This document shows, piece by piece, positions 18,898 to 26,703 of a DNA stretch of 36,343 bases. The translations under genes were made by a program, and so were the position numbers. The stretch's first letter is position 1; every line of letters begins with the position of its first letter. Below the pieces are notes generated by a model that was not told the origin of the DNA, did not search any database, and worked only from the letters and a program-made list of their open reading frames with translations. The DNA lies in the NCBI GenBank assembly GCA_016933365.1, contig JAFGBB010000032.1, positions 1-36,343 of the forward strand. Direction: 5' to 3'. Origin of the DNA: Candidatus Wolfebacteria bacterium (lineage in GTDB: Bacteria; Patescibacteriota; Minisyncoccia; UBA6257; UBA9933).

Positions 18898-19823
18898 ACG
18901 ATGAAAAAAGAATTTTAAAACTTGCGGAAATTAATAAGCAAGACGGTTCCGCTAAAATAGTTATTTCCGGCAATGATATTTTAAGCGAAGAATCGGATGA
19001 CGGAATAATTTTAAAAACTTTTAAAAAAAACGGCTCTGTTTTTGTTAATTTGGAAATTCCTCAAGGCGTTAAGTTTAGCAAACCAATTCATATTTGTTTG
19101 GGCGCTTTATACGGTAAAATAAAGCAAAGAATTAATTTTACGGTGGTTTTTAATAAATATTCCAAGGCAAGTATTTTTTCTCATTGCTTGCTTGTTTCGG
19201 AAAACGAAATTACTCATAATTCAAATTATAAAATTAAATTGGAACAAGGAGCTGAATGTTTTTATTTTGAAAAACATATTCATAATAATTCCGGAAATTT
19301 AACTTTTAATCCTTCAATTAAGGTTGAAGTTGGAAAAGACGCTTTGTTTAAATCTTATTTTGAATTATTAAAAGGAAGAGCCGGCAATAGTCATCTTAAT
19401 TATGATTTATTATGCGCTGAAAGAGGCGTTGTTAAAATGGAGAGCAGATTTAAAACTTCTGGAGAAGACTTTATTTCTTTAACTGAAAGCGTTGCGTTAA
19501 AAGGTAAAAATTCCAGGGCGTTGCTTAAATCAAGAGTGGCGGCTAAAGAGAAATCAAGTATTGAAATATATAATAATGTTAAGGCTATTGGAGATTATTC
19601 AAAAGGACACATTGATTGTCAGGAAATTTTATTAAATAAAGGACGAGTTAAAGCTTATCCTTGCATAGAGGTTTTGAATCCTAAATCAAAAATTACCCAT
19701 GAAGCCAGTTTAGGGGGGATTGATAATAAAAAAATGGAAACATTGATGGCTAGAGGAAACTCTTCAAAAAAAGCCGAAGAAATTATTTTAGAAGGATTAT
19801 TGTCGGAATATCGTCCGAATTAA
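18894..19823 (+). CDS. sufB: Short SufB/SufD-family scaffold, SmsB type
   Basis: PIHICLG, EKHIH, GHIDCQEI, ITHEASLG, LETLMARG-like tail; 309 aa; ATGA overlap with sufC. Confidence 0.85.
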   Translation: MNDEKRILKLAEINKQDGSAKIVISGNDILSEESDDGIILKTFKKNGSVFVNLEIPQGVKFSKPIHICLGALYGKIKQRINFTVVFNKYSKASIFSHCLLVSENEITHNSNYKIKLEQGAECFYFEKHIHNNSGNLTFNPSIKVEVGKDALFKSYFELLKGRAGNSHLNYDLLCAERGVVKMESRFKTSGEDFISLTESVALKGKNSRALLKSRVAAKEKSSIEIYNNVKAIGDYSKGHIDCQEILLNKGRVKAYPCIEVLNPKSKITHEASLGGIDNKKMETLMARGNSSKKAEEIILEGLLSEYRPN

Positions 19824-19850
19824 ATTTTTAATTATTTATTTTTTAAAATA

Positions 19851-20405
19851 ATGAAGACCTTTATTATTCCTGGATTTTTTACGGGAAAAAAATTTTACAA
19901 TAAATTAATTAATAATTTTGAAAAAAAAGGATTAACAATAGAATGTATTGATTTGGGTTTAAATTTCAAAAGTCTTAAAAACGCGGCAGAAAAAACCGCT
20001 TGTCGTTTAAAAAAATTTAATGGTGATTTTAATGTAATTGCTTACAGTTTTGGAGGTCTTATTTTTAAAGAGGTTATTTTTAAAAATCCGGACATTTTTC
20101 AACGAGTAAAAAGTTTAAATTTTGTCGCAGTGCCTCATTATGGCACATGGGGAGCGGTGATAATACCTTTTTTCCCGGCGACTTTGGATATGTTGCCAAT
20201 AAGAAAACATATTAATCAATTATTAAAAATTCCTTTACCTGAAAAAACCGTTAATTTTATTTCTCAAAACGATATTGTAATTTTGCCGAAAAAGTTTTCT
20301 TTATTGAAAGATTGCGTCAATATTACAATACCGAACGTAAATCACAAAAGTATTATAAGAAGCGCGGAATTATTTTCTCAAATTGAAAAAAATTTAACTT
20401 TGTAA
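19851..20405 (+). CDS. Alpha/beta hydrolase (lipase/esterase-like)
   Basis: IPGF, nucleophile elbow AYSFGG, PHYGT, D-I-V-I and NH catalytic positions. Confidence 0.8.
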   Translation: MKTFIIPGFFTGKKFYNKLINNFEKKGLTIECIDLGLNFKSLKNAAEKTACRLKKFNGDFNVIAYSFGGLIFKEVIFKNPDIFQRVKSLNFVAVPHYGTWGAVIIPFFPATLDMLPIRKHINQLLKIPLPEKTVNFISQNDIVILPKKFSLLKDCVNITIPNVNHKSIIRSAELFSQIEKNLTL

Positions 20406-20419
20406 TTTATAAAGTTTAT

Positions 20420-21058
20420 TTAATTTTTATTTTTAAGTAATTTGGGGTTGTCTTGAATAAATAATTTTATTAATCTGGAAAAATAAAAAGGTTTAACGCC
20501 TTTTATATACGCGTATCCGGCAAAAGAAGATAAGCCGGCGCCGGCGCAATTAGTTATTAAATCCCATATAGTGTCGCGCAAGCCGGATTTTTGCATATTA
20601 AGCCCAAAGGTTTGGTCCATAAAATATTCAAATAATTCCCATAAAACTCCTATTGTTACGGAAAAACAAAACGAAAAAACAGCGATTAAAAAGGGACTGC
20701 TTTTTATTTTATTTGTTTGAAAAAGAAGAAAAAGAATAATAAATCCAATAAGAGCAAAAGCAATAGCGTAAATAAAGTGAAGCAAAACATCCCACCACCA
20801 AAAGCGAATATAAAAACTTCTTATTTCTCCTAAATAAAGACTTGCGTATATTAAAATTATACCGGCAAACTCAAGGTCAAGAGGAATATATATATTGTAT
20901 TTTTTTTTAAACCACGAAGGCAAAAAAGTGAGAAGTAAATTTAAAGAAGCAATGGCTAAGTTAGACCAATTGCCGTAAAAAATAGAAGTAATAATGGCGA
21001 TTGCCAAAGTTATTCTTAGAAAGTTTATTATGATTGCGAATTTTTTCTTTAATTCCAT
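20420..21058 (-). CDS. Multi-pass membrane protein
   Basis: About 6 TM segments; WWDVLLH, LWELFEY, GLRDTIWDL motifs. Confidence 0.8.
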   Translation of the reverse strand: MELKKKFAIIINFLRITLAIAIITSIFYGNWSNLAIASLNLLLTFLPSWFKKKYNIYIPLDLEFAGIILIYASLYLGEIRSFYIRFWWWDVLLHFIYAIAFALIGFIILFLLFQTNKIKSSPFLIAVFSFCFSVTIGVLWELFEYFMDQTFGLNMQKSGLRDTIWDLITNCAGAGLSSFAGYAYIKGVKPFYFSRLIKLFIQDNPKLLKNKN

Positions 21059-21168
21059 ATTTTGTTTATTATACTGGAAACAATAAATTTAATTAATAGC
21101 TTTTATAAATAATCTTTTTAAATTATAATAAACTAAAGGTCTAAAATTATATTAAAATAAATAAAAAT

Positions 21169-21339
21169 ATGAAAAATCATGGCGGAGGGTCGGCTGTTTA
21201 CGGTTTAGGAATTATTGGCGCGGCTGTTTATTTTATTGGTAATGCCGCAACTTTTTGGCTTGGAGTAATTGGATTTTTAAAGGCTTTAGTTTGGCCCGCG
21301 TTTCTTATTTATTACGCGTTTGAATTTTTACTTAAATAA
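21169..21339 (+). CDS. Small membrane protein (56 aa, absent from the ORF track)
   Basis: MKNHGGGSAVYGLGIIGAAVYFIGNAATFWLGVIGFLKALVWPAFLIYYAFEFLLK*; leader resembles those of neighbouring genes. Confidence 0.7.
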   Translation: MKNHGGGSAVYGLGIIGAAVYFIGNAATFWLGVIGFLKALVWPAFLIYYAFEFLLK

Positions 21340-21381
21340 AATTATTTAAAAGCGATTTTATTTATTGTTGGATGTTTACTC

Positions 21382-21416
21382 TTGACAAGAAAGGGTTATG
21401 GGTATATACTCATAAC
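21382..21416 (+). promoter_or_regulatory. Sigma70 promoter with overlapping 22-bp palindromic operator
   Basis: TTGACA-17 nt-TATACT (21382-87, 21405-10); GTTATGGGTAT|ATACTCATAAC (21395-416, one mismatch). Confidence 0.8.
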
Positions 21417-21478
21417 AATCGTTGATTAACGATTGTAATGGTTATGTCGAGCCATTAAATTAAATAAATTATAAAAAT

Positions 21479-21745
21479 ATGCCAAGACATGATGGAACAG
21501 GCCCTTTAGGTTATGGTCCTGGAACTGGTAGAGGATTAGGTCCTTGTGGTGGCGGAAGAGCTAGAGGAAGAGGATTTGGTCGCGGTTTAGGTTTTGGTTT
21601 AAGAAGAAACGGGAATTTTAATTCCGTTCCTAATTTAACCAAAGAAGAAGAAGCTCAAGCTCTTTCTCAAGAAGCTTCTTTACTGGAAGAAGACCTTAAA
21701 GCAATTAACGACCGTTTAACCGAACTTAAAAAAGAGGAAAACTAA
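21479..21745 (+). CDS. DUF5320 family protein
   Basis: MPRHDGTGPLGYGPGTGRGLGPC, G/R-rich linker, C-terminal coiled coil. Confidence 0.9.
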   Translation: MPRHDGTGPLGYGPGTGRGLGPCGGGRARGRGFGRGLGFGLRRNGNFNSVPNLTKEEEAQALSQEASLLEEDLKAINDRLTELKKEEN

Positions 21746-21758
21746 AAACCTAAAATAA

Positions 21759-21848
21759 AACCGGTGATAAATATTGCGTTTACTTAATGCCTTATTTTTT
21801 GTTATTATTAATATTAATTAGCGAATAAATCAATAATTATCACCGGTT
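21759..21848. repeat. Long intergenic inverted repeat
   Basis: AACCGGTGATAA (21759-70) and TTATCACCGGTT (21837-48), extendable with mismatches. Confidence 0.7.
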
Positions 21849-21892
21849 GGGTAAAAAATATAAAATTAATTTGAATTTTAATCAATAAAAAT

Positions 21893-22087
21893 ATGAAAAA
21901 ATATGAAGTTGATAAATCAATATGCGCCGGTTGCGGAGCTTGTATAAACGCTTGTCCTTATGGCGCTATTAAAATTGGAAAAGATGGTAAGGCGGTTATA
22001 GATATGAATAAATGTCAACAATGCGGGGCTTGCGTAAAAATATGCCCTTTTAATAGCATTAAAGAGGTTGACGATGAAATAAATTAA
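21893..22087 (+). CDS. 2[4Fe-4S] ferredoxin
   Basis: CAGCGACINACP and CQQCGACVKICP. Confidence 0.95.
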   Translation: MKKYEVDKSICAGCGACINACPYGAIKIGKDGKAVIDMNKCQQCGACVKICPFNSIKEVDDEIN

Positions 22088-22152
22088 TATTGATAAGCAA
22101 ACAGAAGTTTGTTGAAATTAGTTTTTGTTATATAAGACAGACTCTTAATAAT

Positions 22153-23202
22153 GTGAAAGAAAAAGTCGCGATTACTTCAATATTTGTTAATTTTTTCTTA
22201 GCGGCCGGAAAATTGGCCGTGGGTTTTGTAAGTGGTTCTAGCGCTATTTTTGCCGAAGGTCTTCATTCAGGAACGGATATTTTATCTTCAGCCATAAGTT
22301 TTGTTGGTATTAAAATAGCTAAAAAACCCGAAGATGAAAAACATCCTTACGGTTATTACAAATTTGAAGTTTTAGCCGGAGTTTTAATTACCTTAATTTT
22401 ATTTTTAAGCGGATTATTTATTGTGGGTGAAGCAATAAGAGAATTAATTAATCCTTCGCCGACTGATATTGGTTATTTGGCTTTGGGCGTAATGTTAATT
22501 TCAGCTATTGTTAATGAAATAATGGCTAGACTTAAAATTTATTATGGTAAAAAAGAAAATTCAGTTTCTTTGCTTTCAGACGGATTTCATTCTCGGATAG
22601 ATGTTTATATTTCTTTAGGAATTTTAGGAGGATTATTTTTAACGGGATATTGGATTTACGCGGACGCTGTTTTAGCCCTGTTTATCGGTTTATATATTGT
22701 TAAAGAATCTTTTTCCTTAGGAAAAGAAGCAATGGATTCTTTGCTTGATGTTTCAGCTGGAAAAGAAATTGAAGAAAAAATAAAAGAAATTGCTAAAAAA
22801 CAAAATATTGAAGTTTTGTCGTTAAAAACTCAAAAAAAGGGTTTGGCAATAACCGCCAATTTTGGAATAAAGCTTTCAAGCGGTTTAAGCGTTGAAGAAG
22901 CTGTTAAAATCTCAAATAACTTAAGAGATGTTTTAATAAACGAAATAGATGTTTTGCAATATGTTGCCATTGAAATTATTAGTCATGAAACTCAAACAGG
23001 ATTTTATAAGCCTGTTTTAGGTAGAGGATTTGGCTGGCAAAAAAAGGGAAAATTTAAGGAAGAGGTTGAAGAAGCTAAAGGAATTGGTCCTGATGGTTAT
23101 TGTGTTTGTCCAAAATGCGGATATAAAATTCTTCATAAAAGCGGGGTTCCTTGTTCAACTCTTGAATGTCCTGATTGCAAAAATAAATTAATTAGAGAAT
23201 AA
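22153..23202 (+). CDS. Cation diffusion facilitator (FieF-like) with C-terminal Cys-rich extension
   Basis: HSGTD and HSRID transport-site motifs, HPYGYYKFE; tail CVCPKC...CSTLECPDC. GTG 22153 is the likely start. Confidence 0.9.
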   Translation: MKEKVAITSIFVNFFLAAGKLAVGFVSGSSAIFAEGLHSGTDILSSAISFVGIKIAKKPEDEKHPYGYYKFEVLAGVLITLILFLSGLFIVGEAIRELINPSPTDIGYLALGVMLISAIVNEIMARLKIYYGKKENSVSLLSDGFHSRIDVYISLGILGGLFLTGYWIYADAVLALFIGLYIVKESFSLGKEAMDSLLDVSAGKEIEEKIKEIAKKQNIEVLSLKTQKKGLAITANFGIKLSSGLSVEEAVKISNNLRDVLINEIDVLQYVAIEIISHETQTGFYKPVLGRGFGWQKKGKFKEEVEEAKGIGPDGYCVCPKCGYKILHKSGVPCSTLECPDCKNKLIRE

Positions 23203-23204
23203 TT

Positions 23205-23483
23205 ATGGCAAGACCTATAAAGCCAAGAAAAATAATGTTTGACCCGGACGCGGTTTATTTTAAGCCAAGAGCAATACCTCTTTCGGTTTTAAAAGAAGTT
23301 AATTTAAGCATAGACGAATTAGAAACTTTACGACTTTGCGATTTGGAAGATTTTAAACAAGAAGAGGCGTCAAAAAAAATGAAAATTTCTCAAAGCACTC
23401 TTCAAAGAATTTTAACTTCCGCTCGCAAAAAAGTTGCTGAAGCGTTGGTAAATGGCAAGGCCATAAAAATTACAAAAGAATAA
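23205..23483 (+). CDS. DUF134 family HTH protein
   Basis: MARPIKPR, YFKP, ELETLRLCD, QEEASKKMKISQSTLQRILTSARKKVAEALVNGKAI. Confidence 0.92.
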   Translation: MARPIKPRKIMFDPDAVYFKPRAIPLSVLKEVNLSIDELETLRLCDLEDFKQEEASKKMKISQSTLQRILTSARKKVAEALVNGKAIKITKE

Positions 23484-23497
23484 TAATTATTAATAAA

Positions 23498-24442
23498 ATG
23501 GACGAACAAAATAAAGAAATTTTAAAAATAGAACGAAAAAAGAATAAAAGCTTTTTTTGGAGTTTAGTTTCAACAATAATTGTTTTTTTAATTTTAGGAG
23601 GAGTATTTACTTATGGATTTTTGGAAATTCTTTCTTTAAAAAAAGACCTTAATTATACAAAAGATATTTTATCGCAGAATTCGGATAGTTTTTCTAAAAA
23701 TATCACAAGCTTATTTTCGCGAGCCGATGGTCTTTCCGATTCTCTTTTAAATACCCAACAAAACATTGATAATGTAAAAACGCAAATTGGCAATATTGAA
23801 GGAAATATTGGTTCAATCTCCGGCGCCGTAGGCACGCTTGAAAAACTTGCCAAAATAGACCCGGAATTGCTGAAAAAATATTCCAAAGTTTATTTTTTAA
23901 ACGAAAATTATACTCCGACTCATTTAATTGATATACCGGAATATTATTTATATTGGTCTTCGCGGCCGGAAATGTTTTTAACGGAAGCTTGGCCATTTTT
24001 AAAGAGTTTACTTGATTCAGCCAAAGCGAGCGGAGTTGAAATTTATGTTGCGTCCGCTTATCGTTCTTTTGCCGAACAACAATCGCTTAAATCTTATTAT
24101 ACGGTTGTTTATGGGCCTGATACTGCTAATTCTTTTTCCGCTGACCAGGGTTATTCAGAACATCAACTTGGAATAACTGTTGATTTTTTGACTACGGGAA
24201 TTGAAGGCAAACTTGATGAAAGATTTGATAAAACAGACGCTTTTAAATGGCTTGCTTCCAATGCTTATCGTTTTGGATTTTCTCTTTCTTATCCGGAAAA
24301 TAATAGTCATTATGTTTATGAACCATGGCATTGGCGTTTTGTAGGGGTAAAACTTGCCGCTTATCTTCATGATAATAATTTAAATTTTTATGATATGGAC
24401 CAGAGAGATATTGATAATTACCTTGTTTATATTTTTGATTAA
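23498..24442 (+). CDS. Membrane-anchored D-Ala-D-Ala carboxypeptidase (M15B/VanY-like)
   Basis: TM plus coiled coil, SAYRS, SEHQLGITVD, YEPWHWRF. Confidence 0.9.
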   Translation: MDEQNKEILKIERKKNKSFFWSLVSTIIVFLILGGVFTYGFLEILSLKKDLNYTKDILSQNSDSFSKNITSLFSRADGLSDSLLNTQQNIDNVKTQIGNIEGNIGSISGAVGTLEKLAKIDPELLKKYSKVYFLNENYTPTHLIDIPEYYLYWSSRPEMFLTEAWPFLKSLLDSAKASGVEIYVASAYRSFAEQQSLKSYYTVVYGPDTANSFSADQGYSEHQLGITVDFLTTGIEGKLDERFDKTDAFKWLASNAYRFGFSLSYPENNSHYVYEPWHWRFVGVKLAAYLHDNNLNFYDMDQRDIDNYLVYIFD

Positions 24443-24490
24443 AATTAAAATCCGTGGTCGGCGGATAATATTTATTAACGTTTAAAAATT

Positions 24491-25435
24491 ATGAAGAAAA
24501 AAATTATTATCGCGGTTTTAGTAGTTATTATTTTGGGCGTTGGAGGTTATTTTCTTTTCCAGTTTTTGTCGGATAAAAATAACGCTTCTGAAAAAGAGAA
24601 TTTAAAAACAGAAGAAATTTTATCGCAAGAAAATGAACAGAACGAAGAATTAACAGAAGAAGAAAAAGAAAATCAAGAACCGGAAAAAAATAAAGAAAAA
24701 TCAATTATTGGAAAATCAGTGGAGGGTCGCGATATTTTCGCTTATCATTATGGTTCCGGAGATACGGAAATTTTATTCATAGGCGGGATACACGGCGGTT
24801 ATTCTTGGAATACTTCGCTTGTCGCTTATGAGGCAATAGATTATTTTAAAGTAAATTCAAATATCATTCCCGCAAATTTAAAAATTACAATTATTCCGGT
24901 TTTAAATCCGGATGGTCTTTATAAAGTCGTTGGCACAACTGAAAAATTTAGTTCGGTAAATGTCGCGTCATCTCAAGTTGTTCAGGTGTCTGGTCGTTTT
25001 AACGCCAATGAAGTTGATTTAAACCGAAACTTTGATTGTGATTGGCAATCAAGCGCTAAATGGCAAGACAAAATCGTAAGCGGAGGGGATTCTGTTTTTT
25101 CCGAACCGGAAAGTCTTGCTGTTAAAAATTATATTGAAACACAAAAACCAAAAGCGGTGATTGTTTGGTATAGCGCCGCGGGTGGAGTATTTTCGTCAAG
25201 TTGTCATAATGGCGTTTTGCCGGAAACAGAAATAATCACTCAAAAATTTGCGGATGCTTCAGGTTATCCCGCTTATAAAAGTTTTGATTTCTATGCCACT
25301 ACCGGAGATATGGTGAATTGGCTTGCTAAAATAAATATTCCGGCAATAAGCGTGCTTCTTAGCAATCATACCGATATTGAATGGGAAAAAAATAAAGCGG
25401 GAATTGAAGCCTTGTTAGAATATTATACTGAATAA
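24491..25435 (+). CDS. M14 carboxypeptidase homologue, probably catalytically inactive
   Basis: GKSVEGR, NPDG, RFNANEVDLNRNF retained; HGGYS, WYS and SVLL replace the paralogue's HGGYE, WHS and TVEL. Confidence 0.85.
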   Translation: MKKKIIIAVLVVIILGVGGYFLFQFLSDKNNASEKENLKTEEILSQENEQNEELTEEEKENQEPEKNKEKSIIGKSVEGRDIFAYHYGSGDTEILFIGGIHGGYSWNTSLVAYEAIDYFKVNSNIIPANLKITIIPVLNPDGLYKVVGTTEKFSSVNVASSQVVQVSGRFNANEVDLNRNFDCDWQSSAKWQDKIVSGGDSVFSEPESLAVKNYIETQKPKAVIVWYSAAGGVFSSSCHNGVLPETEIITQKFADASGYPAYKSFDFYATTGDMVNWLAKINIPAISVLLSNHTDIEWEKNKAGIEALLEYYTE

Positions 25436-25441
25436 TTTGTA

Positions 25442-26326
25442 ATGGTTGATTTAATTAAACGAAATAAAAAGCTCTTTGTTATTTTTATCATCGCGATTAT
25501 CGCGGCGGGATTTTGTTTCTTTTTATGGCGGATAAATTTATCAGAACCGGAATTGAAAGAAGAATTGGCGGAAGTTGAAAATTATTTTCCTAAACATAAA
25601 ATAATAGGACAATCAGTTGAAGGTCGTGAAATAGAAGCGTTTATTTTTGGACAGGGTGAAAAATTTTTACTTTTTGTTGGTGGCATACACGGTGGCTATG
25701 AATGGAATAGTTCTCTTTTAGCTTATGAATTTATTGATTATTTTAATATAAATTCTGAAATTATTCCTGAAAATGTTTCTGTGGCTATAATTCCTTGCGC
25801 CAATCCTGACGGACTTTATAAAGCGACCGGTAAAGAAGGGCGTTTTATTTTAACAGATATTCCAAGCGGAGTTTCTTTGGATAATTATCGTTTTAACGCC
25901 AATAATGTTGATTTAAACCGAAACTTTGATTGTAAATGGAAGCCTGAGAGTACTTGGAGAAATAAAATTGTTAGCGCCGGAACAGCGCCTTTTTCCGAGC
26001 CTGAAGCTTTAGTTATCAGGGATTTTGTTTTAGAAAATAATCCGCTTGCTGTTGTTTTTTGGCATAGTCAGGCAAATGCTGTTTATGCTTCAGAATGTGA
26101 AAATGGCGTTTTGCCGGAAACACTTAAGATTATGAGAAAATATTCTTTAGCTTCCGGATATCCGGCAATTGCTTCTTTTGACGCTTATGAAGTTACCGGA
26201 GATGCCGAGGGTTGGCTTGCTTCAATCGGTATTCCGGCTCTTACTGTTGAACTTAAAACCCATGAAGACATTGAATGGGGAAAAAATTTAGCAGGCGTAA
26301 AAGCGTTGTTGGAATATTATAAATAA
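25442..26326 (+). CDS. M14 zinc carboxypeptidase (MpaA-like)
   Basis: GGIHGGYE, NPDG, RFNANNVDLNRNF, FWHS, LTVEL. Confidence 0.9.
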   Translation: MVDLIKRNKKLFVIFIIAIIAAGFCFFLWRINLSEPELKEELAEVENYFPKHKIIGQSVEGREIEAFIFGQGEKFLLFVGGIHGGYEWNSSLLAYEFIDYFNINSEIIPENVSVAIIPCANPDGLYKATGKEGRFILTDIPSGVSLDNYRFNANNVDLNRNFDCKWKPESTWRNKIVSAGTAPFSEPEALVIRDFVLENNPLAVVFWHSQANAVYASECENGVLPETLKIMRKYSLASGYPAIASFDAYEVTGDAEGWLASIGIPALTVELKTHEDIEWGKNLAGVKALLEYYK

Positions 26327-26375
26327 AAGTATAAAATAAAAATAAAGTCGTTATGTTTAATAAATCAATAAAATT

Positions 26376-26684
26376 ATGAAAAAATTTTTACATTGGTTTC
26401 CTCGTGTTTTTTCAATTCTTTTTATTTTGTTTATGAGTATGTTTGCTTTGGATGTTTTTGGACAACCGCAATGGTTTTTAGCGCTTATAATGCATTTAAT
26501 TCCCAGTTTTATTTTAATTATTTTAACTGTTATCGCTTGGAAAAAAGAAAAAATTGGCGGGTGGCTTTTTACGATTGCGGGATTGTTTGCGATAGTTTTT
26601 TTTGGATTGGAATCATTTATTGTTTATATTCCGATTTTAATTATAGCCGCGGCTTTATTGTATAAAAGCTATTTTTTAAAATAA
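26376..26684 (+). CDS. Small four-TM membrane protein
   Basis: WFPR, FALDVF, MHLIPS, AWK...GG; hydrophobic throughout. Confidence 0.75.
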   Translation: MKKFLHWFPRVFSILFILFMSMFALDVFGQPQWFLALIMHLIPSFILIILTVIAWKKEKIGGWLFTIAGLFAIVFFGLESFIVYIPILIIAAALLYKSYFLK

Positions 26685-26703
26685 AAATAATAAAGGGGTT
26701 GTT

